From NCBI RefSeq assembly GCF_004010195.1, contig NW_025214811.1, forward strand, positions 1-39,854: 39,854 nt of DNA. The letters are read 5' to 3'. Position 1 is the first letter of the stretch. Each line of letters opens with the position of its first letter. The notes beneath the pieces are model-generated. The model saw nothing but the letters and a program-made list of their open reading frames with translations, ran no database searches and was not told the origin of the DNA. The DNA comes from Chiloscyllium plagiosum (Eukaryota). Below, one piece after another: positions 12,461-23,692 of the stretch. The translations under genes and the position numbers were made by a program.

Positions 12461-12753
12461 GTGGGCGGCACGGTGGCACAGTGGTTAGCACTGCTGCCTC
12501 ACAGCGCCAGAGACCTGGGTTCAATTCCCGCCTCAGGCTGTGTGGAGTTTGCACGTTCTCCCCATGTCTGCGTGGGTTTCCTCCGGGTGCTCCGGTTTCC
12601 TCCCACAGTCCAAAGATGTGCAATTTAGGTGAAGTGGCCATGCTAAATGGTGTAAGGTAAGGGATAAATGTAGGGGTATGGGTGGGTTGCGCTTCAGCGG
12701 GTCGGTGTGGACTTGTTGGCCCGAAGGGCCTGTTTCCACACTGTAAGTAATCT
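12461..12753 (+). mobile_element. V-SINE/HE1-type SINE, full length
   Basis: Pol III A box TGGCACAGTGG, B box GGTTCAATTCC, V-domain gggtttcctccgggtgctccggtttcctcccaca, CR1-like tail aagggcctgtttccacactgt. Confidence 0.95.
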
Positions 12754-12769
12754 GATCAGTTATAATGTG

Positions 12770-13301
12770 TGTTATATAAACCCGACATTTTGAAAGTATG
12801 AGGGACAGCAACTGCCATCGAATAGCGAGCAACTGCTGTCGAGCCCAAGAGCTAAATGCCCATCTCGCATCTTCCTCTCCAAGAAATTAGAAATCAATTT
12901 CTACCAAAGGCACCTTTTCACGTGAAACCTTCTCACAGTGAAAAAAAGAAACAAGACGACCCAGCGAGATCAGCAGCCAGAGAGTGAAAACAGAGGAAGC
13001 TATTTGGTCTTGAGATTAAGTTAATGCAATGCTTGATAAGTATCCAGTTTAATAATTGGAACAGTGTATTTTTGTGCAGTTGGAGTCAGATACTAAGTAG
13101 TTAAAAAGGGGGGACTTGGATTTGTGAACAGTTGTTGTTTAGTGTTTACTATTAGAGTTAAGAAAATTATTGTTATTTTCCTTAAATAATGTTATTTTGG
13201 AGTTCTCTGTGCCTCATATTTTAACAGATTACAGTGTGAACCAAGACTATCTTGGTGTTTGGTTTAATTACCAGAGAGTTTCGACCTCTGCGTCGTAACC
13301 A
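12770..13301 (+). mobile_element. Possible solo LTR (Gypsy-like)
   Basis: Begins TGTTAT and ends GTAACCA; ~530 bp with an AT-rich U5-like end. No convincing TSD. Confidence 0.35.
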
Positions 13302-13464
13302 ATGGCAGGAAATTTCTGATGAGACTACAATGGATAAGCAGCCCAAAGAAACTGGAAGCTTGATGTTGAAAAGTAGAGGCCAGCCATTTGTTTGGTTAGT
13401 GGGTTCTGATAATATCATGTAATCACCTGCCACAATTTCTCATTTCAAAACAGCGGCTGTGCAG

Positions 13465-14031
13465 GTCATTGGTTAGGCCACTGTTGGAATATTGCGTGCA
13501 ATTCTGGTCTCCTTCCGAACGGAAATATGTTGTGAAACTTGAAAGGGTTCAGAAAAGATTTACAAGGACGTTGCCAGGGTTGGAGGATTTGAGCTATAGG
13601 GGGAGGCTGAACAGGCTGGGGCTGTTTTCTCTGGATTGTCAGAGGCTGAGGGGTGACCTTATATAGGTATACAAAATCGTGAGGGGCTTGGATAGTGTAA
13701 ATAGGCAAAGTCTTTTCCCTGGGGTCGGGGAGTCCAGAACTAGAGGGCATAGTTTTCGGTTGAGAGGAGAAAGATATAAAAGAGACCCCAACGGGCAACT
13801 TTTTCACGCAGAGTGTGGTACATGTATGGAATGAACTGCCAGAGGAACTGGTGGAGGATGGTACAATTGAAACATTTAAGAGGCATTTGGATGGGTATAT
13901 GAATAGGAAGGGTTTGGAGAGATATGGGCCGGGTGCTGGCAGGTGGGACGAGATTGGGTTGGGATATCTGGTCGGCATGGACGGGTTGGACCGAAGGGTC
14001 TTTTTCCATGCTGTACATCTCTATGACTCTA
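13465..14031 (+). mobile_element. CR1 LINE 3' fragment with intact tail
   Basis: LVRPLLEYCVQFWSP...LERVQKRFTRTLPGL...RLRGDLI, VWNELPEELVE, tail ctctatgactcta. Confidence 0.95.
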
Positions 14032-14290
14032 CTGATCTTCACTCTGAACCAAGTAGATGTTGCTACATAAATACATTTTTTGTGCACCAACTTAGGGTCT
14101 GCAACATATAACCAAGTTTTGTGAAGTTGTGCAGGAAAGGCGAATAATCTTCAGGATGGACTCCATGAATAACATAATGTAAGAAACTTAAAACATAGAT
14201 GAACAACAGGAGGATGAAGGTACCAGAGATGGTGAGGAGCAAAATCACAGGCTTCCTTTTGCTCTCCATCTCTGGGTCTCTGTGCTGTAG
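14032..14290 (-). pseudogene. GPR139/GPR142-like GPCR fragment (ICL3-TM6-TM7-helix 8)
   Basis: HRDPEMESKRKPVILLLTISGTFILLLFIYVLSFLHYVI...LGYMLQTLSWCTK (frameshift) CIYVATSTWFR. Parallels DTEMQR..KSI and GFMLQFLSCCT..IFAFNLTKFR in the copy at 18563-19371. Confidence 0.75.
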
Positions 14291-14486
14291 ATACTGCACA
14301 GAATGCAGTTTTGTTGCCCACCGTCATCATTGCTGGGACACCCTGTCCAGTATCTGCAGGAACAGGATGAAGAGGAGTTCAGACAGGCCAGCCAAAGGAA
14401 AGCCCCATAGCAAATTTGTGTCAAGCAGTGTAAACATTTGTTCCAGGAGAAGAGCCACACAAATATCTCTCGCTGTTAGTTTAACT

Positions 14487-14775
14487 CACATTCCCTATAG
14501 TATGGAAACAGGCTCTTCAGTCCAACAAGTCCACTTCGACTCTCCGAAGAGTAATCCACTCAGACCCATTCCACTACCCTATATTTGCCGCTGACAATGC
14601 ACCTGCCACTATGGACAAGTTAGAATGGCTGATTCACCTAACCTGCACATCTTTGGCCTGTGCGGACACGGGGAGAATGTGCAATCTCCACACAGACAGT
14701 CACCCAAGGCTGGAAATGAACCCGTGTCCCTGGTGCTGTGAGTGAATGCTGACCACTGACCCACCATCCACCCCC
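14487..14775 (-). mobile_element. V-SINE/HE1-type SINE with internal deletion
   Basis: ggaaacaggctcttcagtcc...acctgcacatctttgg...gagaatgtgcaatctccacacagacagtcacccaaggctggaaatgaaccc...gctgaccactg. Confidence 0.85.
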
Positions 14776-15826
14776 AATTAGAGCAGCTCACCAAGGTCTG
14801 GTTTAATGGCAACTGCAAGGACACTCTCAGTGCACGGGATTTTAATTATCCCAAGTGACAAAGTTCGGATAACGTCCAAATTAATGGAATTATATAAAAA
14901 AAATGTATTTAGATGGCTTATCATATCTTCCTCCCACATATTGTGGAGATGGAGGGGACATTGACAGGGAACACTCTTAAGTAAATGTGAAGGAACAGGC
15001 CATACCATCATATGCCCATAGCCTGCCATCCATGAATTTGGCTCCTCTCAAATCAAGCTGTGGTCCTAACTGCACTCACCTTGATGTATCCTGGGATACC
15101 AGAGGTTATGATTGTAGTTTGGAAAAGGCACATATCCCAACACATGGGTATGATCCTGATGACTACAGACCAGGGGCTAGAAGGTAGATGGATCTCCCAG
15201 TGTTATCACTTCATTCTTATCCATTGATGGGATGTTGGCATCACTGGCTGGGCCAGCGTTTATTACTCGTCCCTAGTTGCCCTTTGGGAAGGATGGAGAG
15301 TGACAATAAGAGTGACGTCAGTGATACCTCCATTGTTGGAAGCCCATCTTGTTCACTCAATCCTCTTCCTCCAGGAAAGCCCTTCAAGTACAACCAGACC
15401 CTGGGCAATTAGGGATGGGGAATAAATGCTGACCTCGGCAGTAATGCACACATTTAGTGTGTAAGAAGAATCACATTTCCATCAGTGAGTGAAATGCTCT
15501 AGTTTAACGAGGGCCGCTCCTACTCTAGAGAACAGAAGAACAGCTCTGAGATATATTTTCACACATGGAATAAACTGGCTCGATGCAGCATTGGTTGAAA
15601 TCATTTCTGATCTCATGATGGGGCTCACAGTATTTGAGCAGGCAGCATTATTGCTGGCAGATTCCAGATTCTGTTTTTTGTTATTTCATTAAGATGTACT
15701 GAACAGCAACGCTCCTTCATAATCGGGATTACACTTGTTATTGTAATTAATTTGTTCATTGTCAGAGTTTTGACACAAAGCTTAGCAATGCTGTCATGTC
15801 AATCTCCCAAAGGAGCTTTCAGACAG

Positions 15827-15832
15827 TATAAG
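15827..15832 (+). promoter_or_regulatory. Candidate TATA-like box of the GPCR exon 1 at 15920
   Basis: TATAAG about 90 bp upstream of the ATG, within non-repetitive sequence. Confidence 0.35.
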
Positions 15833-15919
15833 GCAGCATCTCTGGGAATGCATCAGCCCAGAGTTTCAAACAAGGTGCTTGTCAGCTGTCTGAAGGGGCA
15901 GATCACCTCACATGGAAAA

Positions 15920-15986
15920 ATGCATTGACCAACTCAGCAGGTGGAGAAGGTATTTTACACCATCCTTGCTATTATTGGCGTTCGTG
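15920..15986 (+). pseudogene. GPR139-like GPCR exon 1 (orphan, premature stop)
   Basis: MH*PTQQVEKVFYTILAIIGVR followed by a phase-1 G|GT donor. Same position and phase as FYPLLTIIP G|GTAAGT at 22246. Confidence 0.65.
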
Positions 15987-16263
15987 GTGTGGCATAAAGA
16001 CATTTGGACTTAGTTTAATCTGCTGCTGATCTGCTCTCTGGTTTTATCTTTTGAACAACAACGTTGCCACCTCATTGATTGCTCAGCCATATCCAGACCC
16101 CAGAACAGTGATAACAATCCAGTGAGCAGCATTCTTGGTACAATTTTCCATTGACAGAGACTCCCAAATTCACTGCTGCTGCAGAATGTCCTGACTTTAG
16201 TATTCTGTCATTTATTCTGGTTTCATATGGTCTGACGTTATGAGGAGAGATCGTGCAACTTAA

Positions 16264-16345
16264 TTCTGAAGAAGGGTTTCCGGACTAGAAACATTAACTC
16301 TGTTTTCTCTCACACAGATGCTTGCCAGACCTGCTGAACAATTTT
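16264..16345 (+). mobile_element. Degenerate PLE terminal repeat with hammerhead-like core
   Basis: CTGAAGA...GAAAC (16266-16292) followed by ctctcacacagatgcttgccagacctgctga. Confidence 0.55.
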
Positions 16346-16359
16346 TTTTTTATTATACA

Positions 16360-16650
16360 AATGAAGCCTGTGTTCACAAGAATCTTGAAGTTTAAGGGAT
16401 GATCTGAGTGAAGTCCTCCAAGACATTAATAGAAAAAGATAAACGATTTCCATTGGCTGGTAATTCTCTAACAAGGGGGCACAGTCTGAGAATGAGAGTC
16501 AGAACGTTCAGGAGGAATGTTAGGAAGCACTTCTACACACAAAGGATGGGAGAGGTTTGGAACTCTCTTCCACAAATGGCAGTGGATACTGGAACTGTTA
16601 TTCAGTTTAAATTAGAAAGTTTTTTTAAACAAAGGAACTGAAGGATACAC
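16360..16650 (+). mobile_element. CR1 3' fragment
   Basis: FPLAGNSLTRGHSLRMRVRTFRRNVRKHFYTQRMGEVWNSLPQ. Confidence 0.8.
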
Positions 16651-16881
16651 GTGTTTTGATTTGTAAAGCTACATTCATCTACCATGCCTCCCAGAAATGT
16701 TCTCGTTCTCACAGTCTCTGGTTAGAGAATTCAAGTCTTGACAGATTGCCCTCCTGGTCTCTGTACGTTGAGGTGTTTATCATGTACAGATGTGTAGATT
16801 TACAGTGCAAATATCACCACAGTGCAAACACTCACCTGTTGTCACTAAGGGAGCCCTGCGTGCTCTGTTATACTGCACTGA

Positions 16882-18105
16882 GTCATACAGATGTACAGCA
16901 TGGAATCAGACCCTTCAGTTCAACTCATTCATGCCAACCAGATATCCTAACCTAATCTAGGCCCATTTGCCAGCACTTGGCCCATAACCCTCGAAACCTT
17001 ACTATTCAGATGCCTTTTAAATGCTGTAATTGTACCAGCCTCCACTACTTCCTCTGGCAGCTCATTCCATACACGCACCACCCTCTGTGTGAAAAAGTTG
17101 TCTCCTTAGGTCATTTTATATCTTTGCCCTCTCACCCTAAGTGTATGCCCTCCAATTCGGGTCTCCCCCACCCCAGGGAAAAGACTTTGTCCTGATCCAT
17201 GCCCTTCATGATTTTATGAAACTTGAGAAGGTTACCCTTCAGCCTCCGACGCTCCAGGGAAAACAGCCCCAGCCAATTTCAGCCTCTCCCTGTAACTCAA
17301 ATCCTCCACCTTGGCAACATCCTTGTAAAGCTTTTCTGAACCCTTTCAAGATTCACAACATTCTTCCGATAGGAAGGAGACAGGAATCGCACGCAATGTT
17401 CCAAAAGTGGCCTAACCAATGTCCTGTCCAGCCGCAACATGACCTCCCAATTCCTATATTCAATACTCTGACCAATAAAGGAAAGTGTACCAAATGCCTT
17501 CTTCACTATCCTATCTGCCTGCAACTCTACTTTCAAAAAACTATGAACCTGCACTCCAATGTCTCTTTGTTCAGCAACACACCCTTACCATTAAGTAGAC
17601 ATGTCCTGCTCTGATTTGCTTTTCCAAAATGCAACACCTCACATTATCGAAATTAAACTCCAACTGCCACTCCTCAGCCCATTGACCCAACTGATCAAGA
17701 TCCCATTGTAATCTGAGGTAACCTTCTTCACTGTCCACTGCACCTCCAATTTTGTTGCCACTTGCAAACTTACTAACTATACCTACTACGTTTGCATCCA
17801 AATCATTTTTATAAATGATTAAAAGCAGTGGACTCAACACTGATCCTTGTAGCACACCACTGGTCATAGGCCTCCAGTCTGGAAAGCAACCTTACACCAC
17901 CACCTCTTGCCTTCGAGCCAATTCAAATGGCTAATTCTCCCTGTATTCCATATGATTTAACCTTACTAACCAATATCCTATGGGGAACCTTGTCAAACAC
18001 CCTACTGAAGTCCATACAGATCCCCTTCACCGCTCTGCCCTCATCAATCCTCTTTGTTACTTCTTCAAAAAAGAATCAGTCAAGTTCGCGTGACATGATT
18101 TCCCA
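16882..18105 (-). mobile_element. CR1 LINE 3' portion (RT C-terminus and tail)
   Basis: TSGVLQGSVLSPLLLIIYKNDLD...SKFASGNKIGG; TLVRPLLEHCVRFLSPSYRK...LERVQKSFTRMLP. Confidence 0.93.
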
Positions 18106-18275
18106 CACAAAAAACAATTGCTACTTTAATAATAAACGAACTTTAGTCACTGGCCCCAAAAGTGCTCCCCACTGAGACCTCAGTCACCTGTCCTCAGTCT
18201 GTTCCCATTGTGATAGGCTGCTTCATTGCTGTGAATTTGAATTGAAACGAGAAAAACCTGGACTGACTGGACGCT

Positions 18276-18471
18276 GCTCCTCAATCAGGTAGCTGGTGGG
18301 GCAGGATCACAGGACACCGAATTTATAGTAAATTCTGTGTTCCATGATCTTGCCCCACTAGCTACCCGATGAAGCTCCCAAAAGCTAGTGCTTCCAATTA
18401 AACCCGTTGGACTATAAACAGGTGTTGTGTGATTTTTAACTTTGGCCACCCCAGTCCAACACTGACACATC
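18276..18471 (+). mobile_element. PLE terminal repeat with 5' inverted arm (hairpin) and degenerate hammerhead
   Basis: atcaggtagctggtggggcaggatcac...gaatttat / aaattctgtgttccatgatcttgccccactagctacccgatgaa. Tail is the same family as 27970-28086 and 31102. Confidence 0.7.
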
Positions 18472-18562
18472 TGTTGTGCTCATAGAATCCCTACAGTGTG
18501 GAAACAGACTGTTCGGCCCAATAAGTACACACTGAGTGAATCTGATTGATTCATTCATTCAT

Positions 18563-19371
18563 TTAAGTGAAGGGATATTTCAGCACCTTCTTCAGTTGCT
18601 GCCTGAACTTTGTCAGGTTAAAGGCAAAAATGCTGTGCAGCAACTGAGAAACTGCAGCATGAATCCATATTCCAGCAGAATTCATGTAGATTCGTAGACC
18701 AACAGCCTATCACAAACATTTGGTTCTATATCGAATAAATTGTTAACAGTGACAGTTGCAAGATGGATTTACTTCAGCCTTTGCATCTCGGTGTCCTGTG
18801 AGACTCTCCACTGGTCTCCAGTGGGCTCTGCTGGTCAGTAAAATGTGTCTGATGATGGATACATTGAGCAGCAGAATCAGGGGAAATTGGAAAGTCGGTT
18901 TAGAATGTGGTGGAGGAATTCAATTATGATCCAGACTCAAGAGTAATAAACACCGATTGTTACATCACAAAGCCAGGGGGCGTTATCCAGCCAATACTGA
19001 GCTGGGAAGATAAAATACCAGATGTTCTTTAAACAGCTCAGAGGAGTCGCTGTTCCCAGAACAGTTTTCGAACTGCAATATATAAATTCAGCTTCTGGCA
19101 ACAAATGGCCACAAATCAATCGAAGGTGAAAGTGATGGCAAATCAGACAAGACCGTCCGACCGATATAAAGCAGTACGGCATAGATATTGCACATGGGGA
19201 TGTCCCACAGGAAACTGTCGTGTTCTCAATAAACAATCAGAATGTGTCTCAATATCAGGTTGAGGATAACGACCAGTCGACCTGCCACTACCATGGCCAC
19301 TAGGTAACGGGTATCACATGGAGACAATCCATAATCTTTATCAAGCAGCAAGAAGATCATCACTGCATTAA
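18563..19371 (-). pseudogene. GPR139/GPR142-like class A GPCR pseudogene, exon 2 (TM1 end to C-terminus)
   Basis: Acceptor ttgccttcctcacag|TT AAT. Translation through frameshifts: (V)NAVMIFLLLDKDYGLSPCDTRYLVAMVVAGRLVVILNLILRHI..., FTFD*FVAICCQKLN, YCSSKTVLGTATPLSCLKNIWYF, NAPWLC, LILLLNVSIIRHILLTSRA, DTEMQR, GFMLQFLSCCT, KFRQQLKKVLKYPFT*. Confidence 0.88.
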
Positions 19372-19414
19372 CTGTGAGGAAGGCAAGCAAACAAATTATA
19401 TATTAATGTGGAGG

Positions 19415-19745
19415 TAAGGTTACAGTACCTTAATGGCTAGTACTGCTGCCTCACAGTGCCAGGGACATGGGCTTGATTCCAGTCTGAGTGAACAGTCTGT
19501 GTGGAGTATGCACATTCTCACTGTGTTTGCATGGGTTACTACTCAGTACTCCAGTCCGAAAATGTGCAGGTTAGATGATTGGCCATGGTACATTTGTCCC
19601 AGAGTGATAAGGATTGTGCAAGTTATTTGGATTAGCTCTGAGAAATGCAGGGATATTGTGGGGGTGCTAGGCCTGAGGTCAGCGCAGACTTGAGGGGCAA
19701 CATGCCATCTTGCACACTGTAAGGATTCTAATCTGTAATTCTATG
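19415..19745 (+). mobile_element. Diverged V-SINE in the GPCR intron
   Basis: tggctagtactgctgcctcacagtgccaggg...ctgtgtggagtatgcacattctc...aaatgtgcaggttagatgattggccatg. Confidence 0.8.
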
Positions 19746-20775
19746 TCTCACAGCACTCTGAGAAAAGGAGAAAAATCTCTTCATCTTTGTAACCAATCAA
19801 AGTTGCCTTATTTAAGACTTAAAAAATCAAGTGTCCCTAGCTCTTGTCTCAATTTTAGTGTTTCTTGCAAGGAGTCACCCATGAAGGAAGCGTCACTGCA
19901 GCTGTTCAGTTTTACTGAGATAACAGCTGGAGGACTGTATAAGGCTTTTTAAATCTCATTACCTCAGAAAGAATTTAATTATATGAGAAGGTATATGGAC
20001 ATATTTCACTCAGTTGATTCCTGGGATGACGAGTTCATCCTATGTGGGAATGTTGTGCAGTTTGGATGTATAACCGTTGAAGTTCTGCAGATATAGACAT
20101 GACCATATTGAGACATAACTGGCCCTGAGAGGACTTGACAGGGTGGATGCTGAGAGGATGGCTCCCCACGAGTGGGTGTGTCGAACTAGGGGAACTGTAG
20201 AATGTTTGAAAATGTGGCCTCTTCCATTTCAGACTGAGATAAGGATTTATCTGATAATGTGTTGGCCAGAGAGCAGTGAAGGCTGAACTTGATAGATATT
20301 TGATCAACTAGATAGCCAATGGGTCAGGTTTGAGGGGGTTGAATGGTCTACGTCTGTTCTTATTTGTTGTGCATCATGTCATAAGTAGGAGGTGATTTTG
20401 TACAAAGAAAGCTATTTTAAATGTAAGGGTGATCCCATTTCAGATTGAGGTGAGGATGCTCCTTTGTCCTGAGGGGTGTGCTAACTGTGGCATTCTCATC
20501 TGCAGAGAGCAGGGAAGATATTCAAGGCTGAGCTCAGTAGCTCCTTGATGGTCAAGGAAGCCCATGTTTATTGGGACCAGAGATGGACAGGGAGTTCAGA
20601 CAGCTCTGATCTGTCTGAATGGTGTAGCAGGGACCGAATGGCCAACTGGTACTCCTACCTCCCGTGTAATGTCACACAACACGTCATTCAGTGAATTCCT
20701 TTAGGCTATTACTGAGGGACAGAAATACACCATTCAGCCCCCTAAAGAGTTGCATAGGAACTTGCATTCAACACT

Positions 20776-21325
20776 TACAGCTTACTGCACAGTGTACCAA
20801 GGAGGTGATGCAACTCTTTTAAACAACTCCTCATCTGAACAGATTCTGTGTATGCGTAGGGCTTGTCCATAGGGGCTAGCTGTTTTAATATGCTTTGGGT
20901 GGAAGCTGGAGAAGTGTAGCATTGTGAGGTTATCCGTGGGTTTGTGGTAGAGTGAGGTGCCCATCCTTGATGGAGATACATGCGTCCAAGAATGAGACAG
21001 TAGAGAGTAGTCCATTGTGAGTGTAATGGTGGGATGAAACTTGTTGATATCACTGTGTAGTTTTATCAGTGACTCCTCGCCATGGGTCCAGAGGAAGAAA
21101 ATGTCGTTGATGTACCTGGTGTATAGTGTTGTTGGAGGTCCTGTGTAGAGAAGTCTTGTTCAGACTTGTGCGTAAAGATGCTGGCATATTGGGATGCAAA
21201 TTTGGTCCCCGTGGTTGAACCATGTGTCTGGATGAAGAACCTGTTGTCAAAGGTGAAGATATTGTAATTGAGGATAAAGCGGATGAGGTGTAGGACGGTG
21301 CTCGGAATTTGGCAGTTGTTGCTCG
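20776..21325 (-). mobile_element. Penelope-like element RT fragment
   Basis: Minus-strand frames give GTKFASQYASIF, RYINDIF (YIDD-like), DINKFHPTITLTMDYS, LYHKPTDNLTMLHFSSFHPKHIKTASPYGQALRIHRICSDEE. Confidence 0.85.
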
Positions 21326-21344
21326 TCTTTAAAGAACTACCAAA

Positions 21345-21442
21345 CCTTAGGTGAAGGGGTAAATGTAGGGGAATGGGTCAGTGTGGACTTGTTGAGCCGA
21401 AGGGCCTGTTTCCAAACTGAAAGTAATCTAATCTAATCTAAA
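21345..21442 (+). mobile_element. SINE 3' half
   Basis: ggggtaaatgtagggg...gtgtggacttgttgagccgaagggcctgtttcca...(taatc)n tail. Confidence 0.75.
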
Positions 21443-21464
21443 CTATAGAGGAAACAGAGAGGAA

Positions 21465-21770
21465 TGAATAAAGAACAGTACAGCACAGGAAAAGGCCCTT
21501 CAGCCCATCTAGACTGTGCTCACACTTGATCCCTTTCCAAATGAAAAACCTTTTATCTTTTCATGGTCCATATCCCTTGATTCCCTACCTATTCAAGAAA
21601 TTGCTATTGTATCCACCTCCACCATTACCTTTCGGAAGCGCATTTCAGGCACTTATCACCATCGGCGTAAAAAAGCTGTCTCACATTTCCTTTAAACTTT
21701 CCCTTCTTACCTTAAAACTATGTCCCCTTGTAATTGAGATTAGTATCCTGGGGAAAAGGCACTGATTATC
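21465..21770 (-). mobile_element. CR1 3' fragment
   Basis: aaagaacagtacagcacaggaaaaggcccttcagccc tail; ITRGHSFKVR on the minus strand. Confidence 0.75.
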
Positions 21771-22245
21771 CACAGTAATAGCCTGGGGCTCTGATTGCAA
21801 GTATAGTGATATTATCACAATCCAATTGACTCTCCTGAAGTCAGCACCTTTCAGAGAGAACACTCAACATTTCTGGTCAAATTATTTGTGGCTGGAAGAG
21901 AATAGGAACAGTTGAATCTGGATGTAACAAAGGTACAGGTGATGGTTTATTCAGCAGCTAGACTGGGACAAAATGGGAAACTTCAGATATTGCGGAGTTG
22001 ATGGTGAACAGGATTGGTGCTGGAGAGAAAATAGAAATAGATATCAGCTTAGAGCCGATGTACTTGATGGAGTCATAAGCACTTTGATTCCACTTCAGAT
22101 ATCGGCATTAAAATTGTTTGGTTAGGAATGGAGTTTGTGGACAGAAGTCATGGCAACGGCTTCCTTTTTTCAGTATTTAAATTATGAGGACAGTAAATTA
22201 ATTCAACAAAGTTTATTTAATTCATAGTCAGATAGAAAGACTTAC

Positions 22246-22400
22246 CAGGAATAATAGTGAGGAGTGGATAGAAATCAGCTTGAAGCAGCCAAAGCACTCT
22301 TAAGTGCCACCCAATCTTGAGGAAGATTGTAAAGACCCAAATATAAACCCCTGGTCAGTATTGGAACATCCCAGTCTATTGTTTCCATATTCTGGTCCAT
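22246..22400 (-). pseudogene. GPR139-like pseudogene exon 1 (partner of 18563-19371)
   Basis: ATG GAC CAG AAT ATG... (one frameshift) ...RVLWLLQADFYPLLTIIP G|GTAAGT. The phase-1 G joins TT of exon 2 to give Val-Asn of TM1. Intron 2874 bp. Confidence 0.8.
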
Positions 22401-23044
22401 TGTTGGAACACTCTAGTGCATTGCTCTTAGACTCTGATCTCTTCTCTCCCTCACTCTGGAACTGTTGATCCTGGTTAGTGCTGAAAGTGAAGTTCCTACT
22501 GATACTGTGTGATAATATTGTAAGGACCCCCATATTAATAGGAAGTAAACCTTTTATTGAAATAAATTGATGCAAGGAGACAGACATTAACTGGAATCAC
22601 TGAACGAGCAGGTTCACTTAACCCCATTCAAACCAATTTGTCTTATATCTAGTCTGGATGGAATGTCTGAGTGTTTCTGAGGAATGGACACAACAGCAAA
22701 GTGATTTATCTTAACTATTTAATGCTCCATAAGTATGGAAGTGTGGTCAGAGGACTGAAGAGTTTTTAATTACCATCTCTTTTCATAAAAGAAGAGACAA
22801 ACCCTGTAATAAAGAATAGCCAATATAATATAATTAAAATATTGAGGATACTTCCAGGGTCTACCATCTGGGGAGAATAATTTGTTCGTCAGAAACATTG
22901 GATTTACAAGAAACAACCAGATTAGAGATGCAAATGGAAAACACATGTATCGACAAGAAAGGTCAGTTTATTAAGCTAGTACCAGAGCAGGTCATTGAAG
23001 ATAGTGCTGTAGATTTTCTCAACTAAAATACAATCAAGGGTCAT

Positions 23045-23445
23045 TGTCATGGAAATTAAATCTACTCAACTATTAGCAGGAGCAAAGAAAGAATCTTTAT
23101 TTTTAATCCTTCAGGATTGACTCACTACACTAAGCCAGATGCCATAATGCAAAGAGCACCGAAACATTGTACAGATGCTTGCCATATAGTGTTCCTTATC
23201 ACACTCTCAAGGACAATTCCCTGGTCTTTCAGACATAATGGTTCTTCAGCCTTCGCTGAGTTCGACTATCGCAATGTCAAGTAGAATGTTTACAGAATTC
23301 ACACAGAGTTAAGCTGACGGCAACCCTTCATCAAAGCATCGTTTACAAAGCTCAGTACAGCATTGAATTAAAGAAAAGCATTTTCTTTAAATTTCACAGT
23401 AAATGGATAATTAATTTCACAGTAAATGGATAATTTTCCATTACA
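23045..23445 (-). repeat. ERV 3' LTR (401 bp)
   Basis: Minus strand TGTAAT...ATGACA; homologous to 31865-32313; AATAAA at 23096-23101; two copies of a 23-bp U3 repeat. Confidence 0.93.
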
Positions 23446-23460
23446 TTTACCCCCTTTTTG
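23446..23460 (-). promoter_or_regulatory. Polypurine tract
   Basis: CAAAAAGGGGGTAAA immediately before the TG of the 3' LTR. Confidence 0.85.
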
Positions 23461-23692
23461 TAATTTTATGACAACAAGGCCAACTACAGCAACAGCTACA
23501 AAGAAATACAGAGCCGTAATAGCTATACATCAAAAAATGTTTAGGAAACACCAGGCCTTTCCTCAGATACCACCTACCTGAAAGACAGCTTTGTGGTGGT
23601 ATCTTCACTTGCTCTGGTGTGCCCTGTACACAGCCCATGTGTGAGCTGCGGCAGCCCCATATTCGTATGAGGCTTCTAATCACGACTTGCAC

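Noticed and set aside
12461..12540. tRNA gene (A and B boxes)
   Set aside because: Continues into the SINE V-domain and tail; it is a tRNA-derived SINE head.
14290..14470. Upstream continuation (TM5) of the GPCR fragment, or a separate exon
   Set aside because: Translations show no convincing match to the TM5 motif of the other copy, contain stops and have no clear splice sites.
15480..15900. Possible ancient conserved non-coding element (TAAT/TGTCA-rich)
   Set aside because: More simply the upstream region of the GPCR exon 1 at 15920; conservation cannot be judged without alignments.
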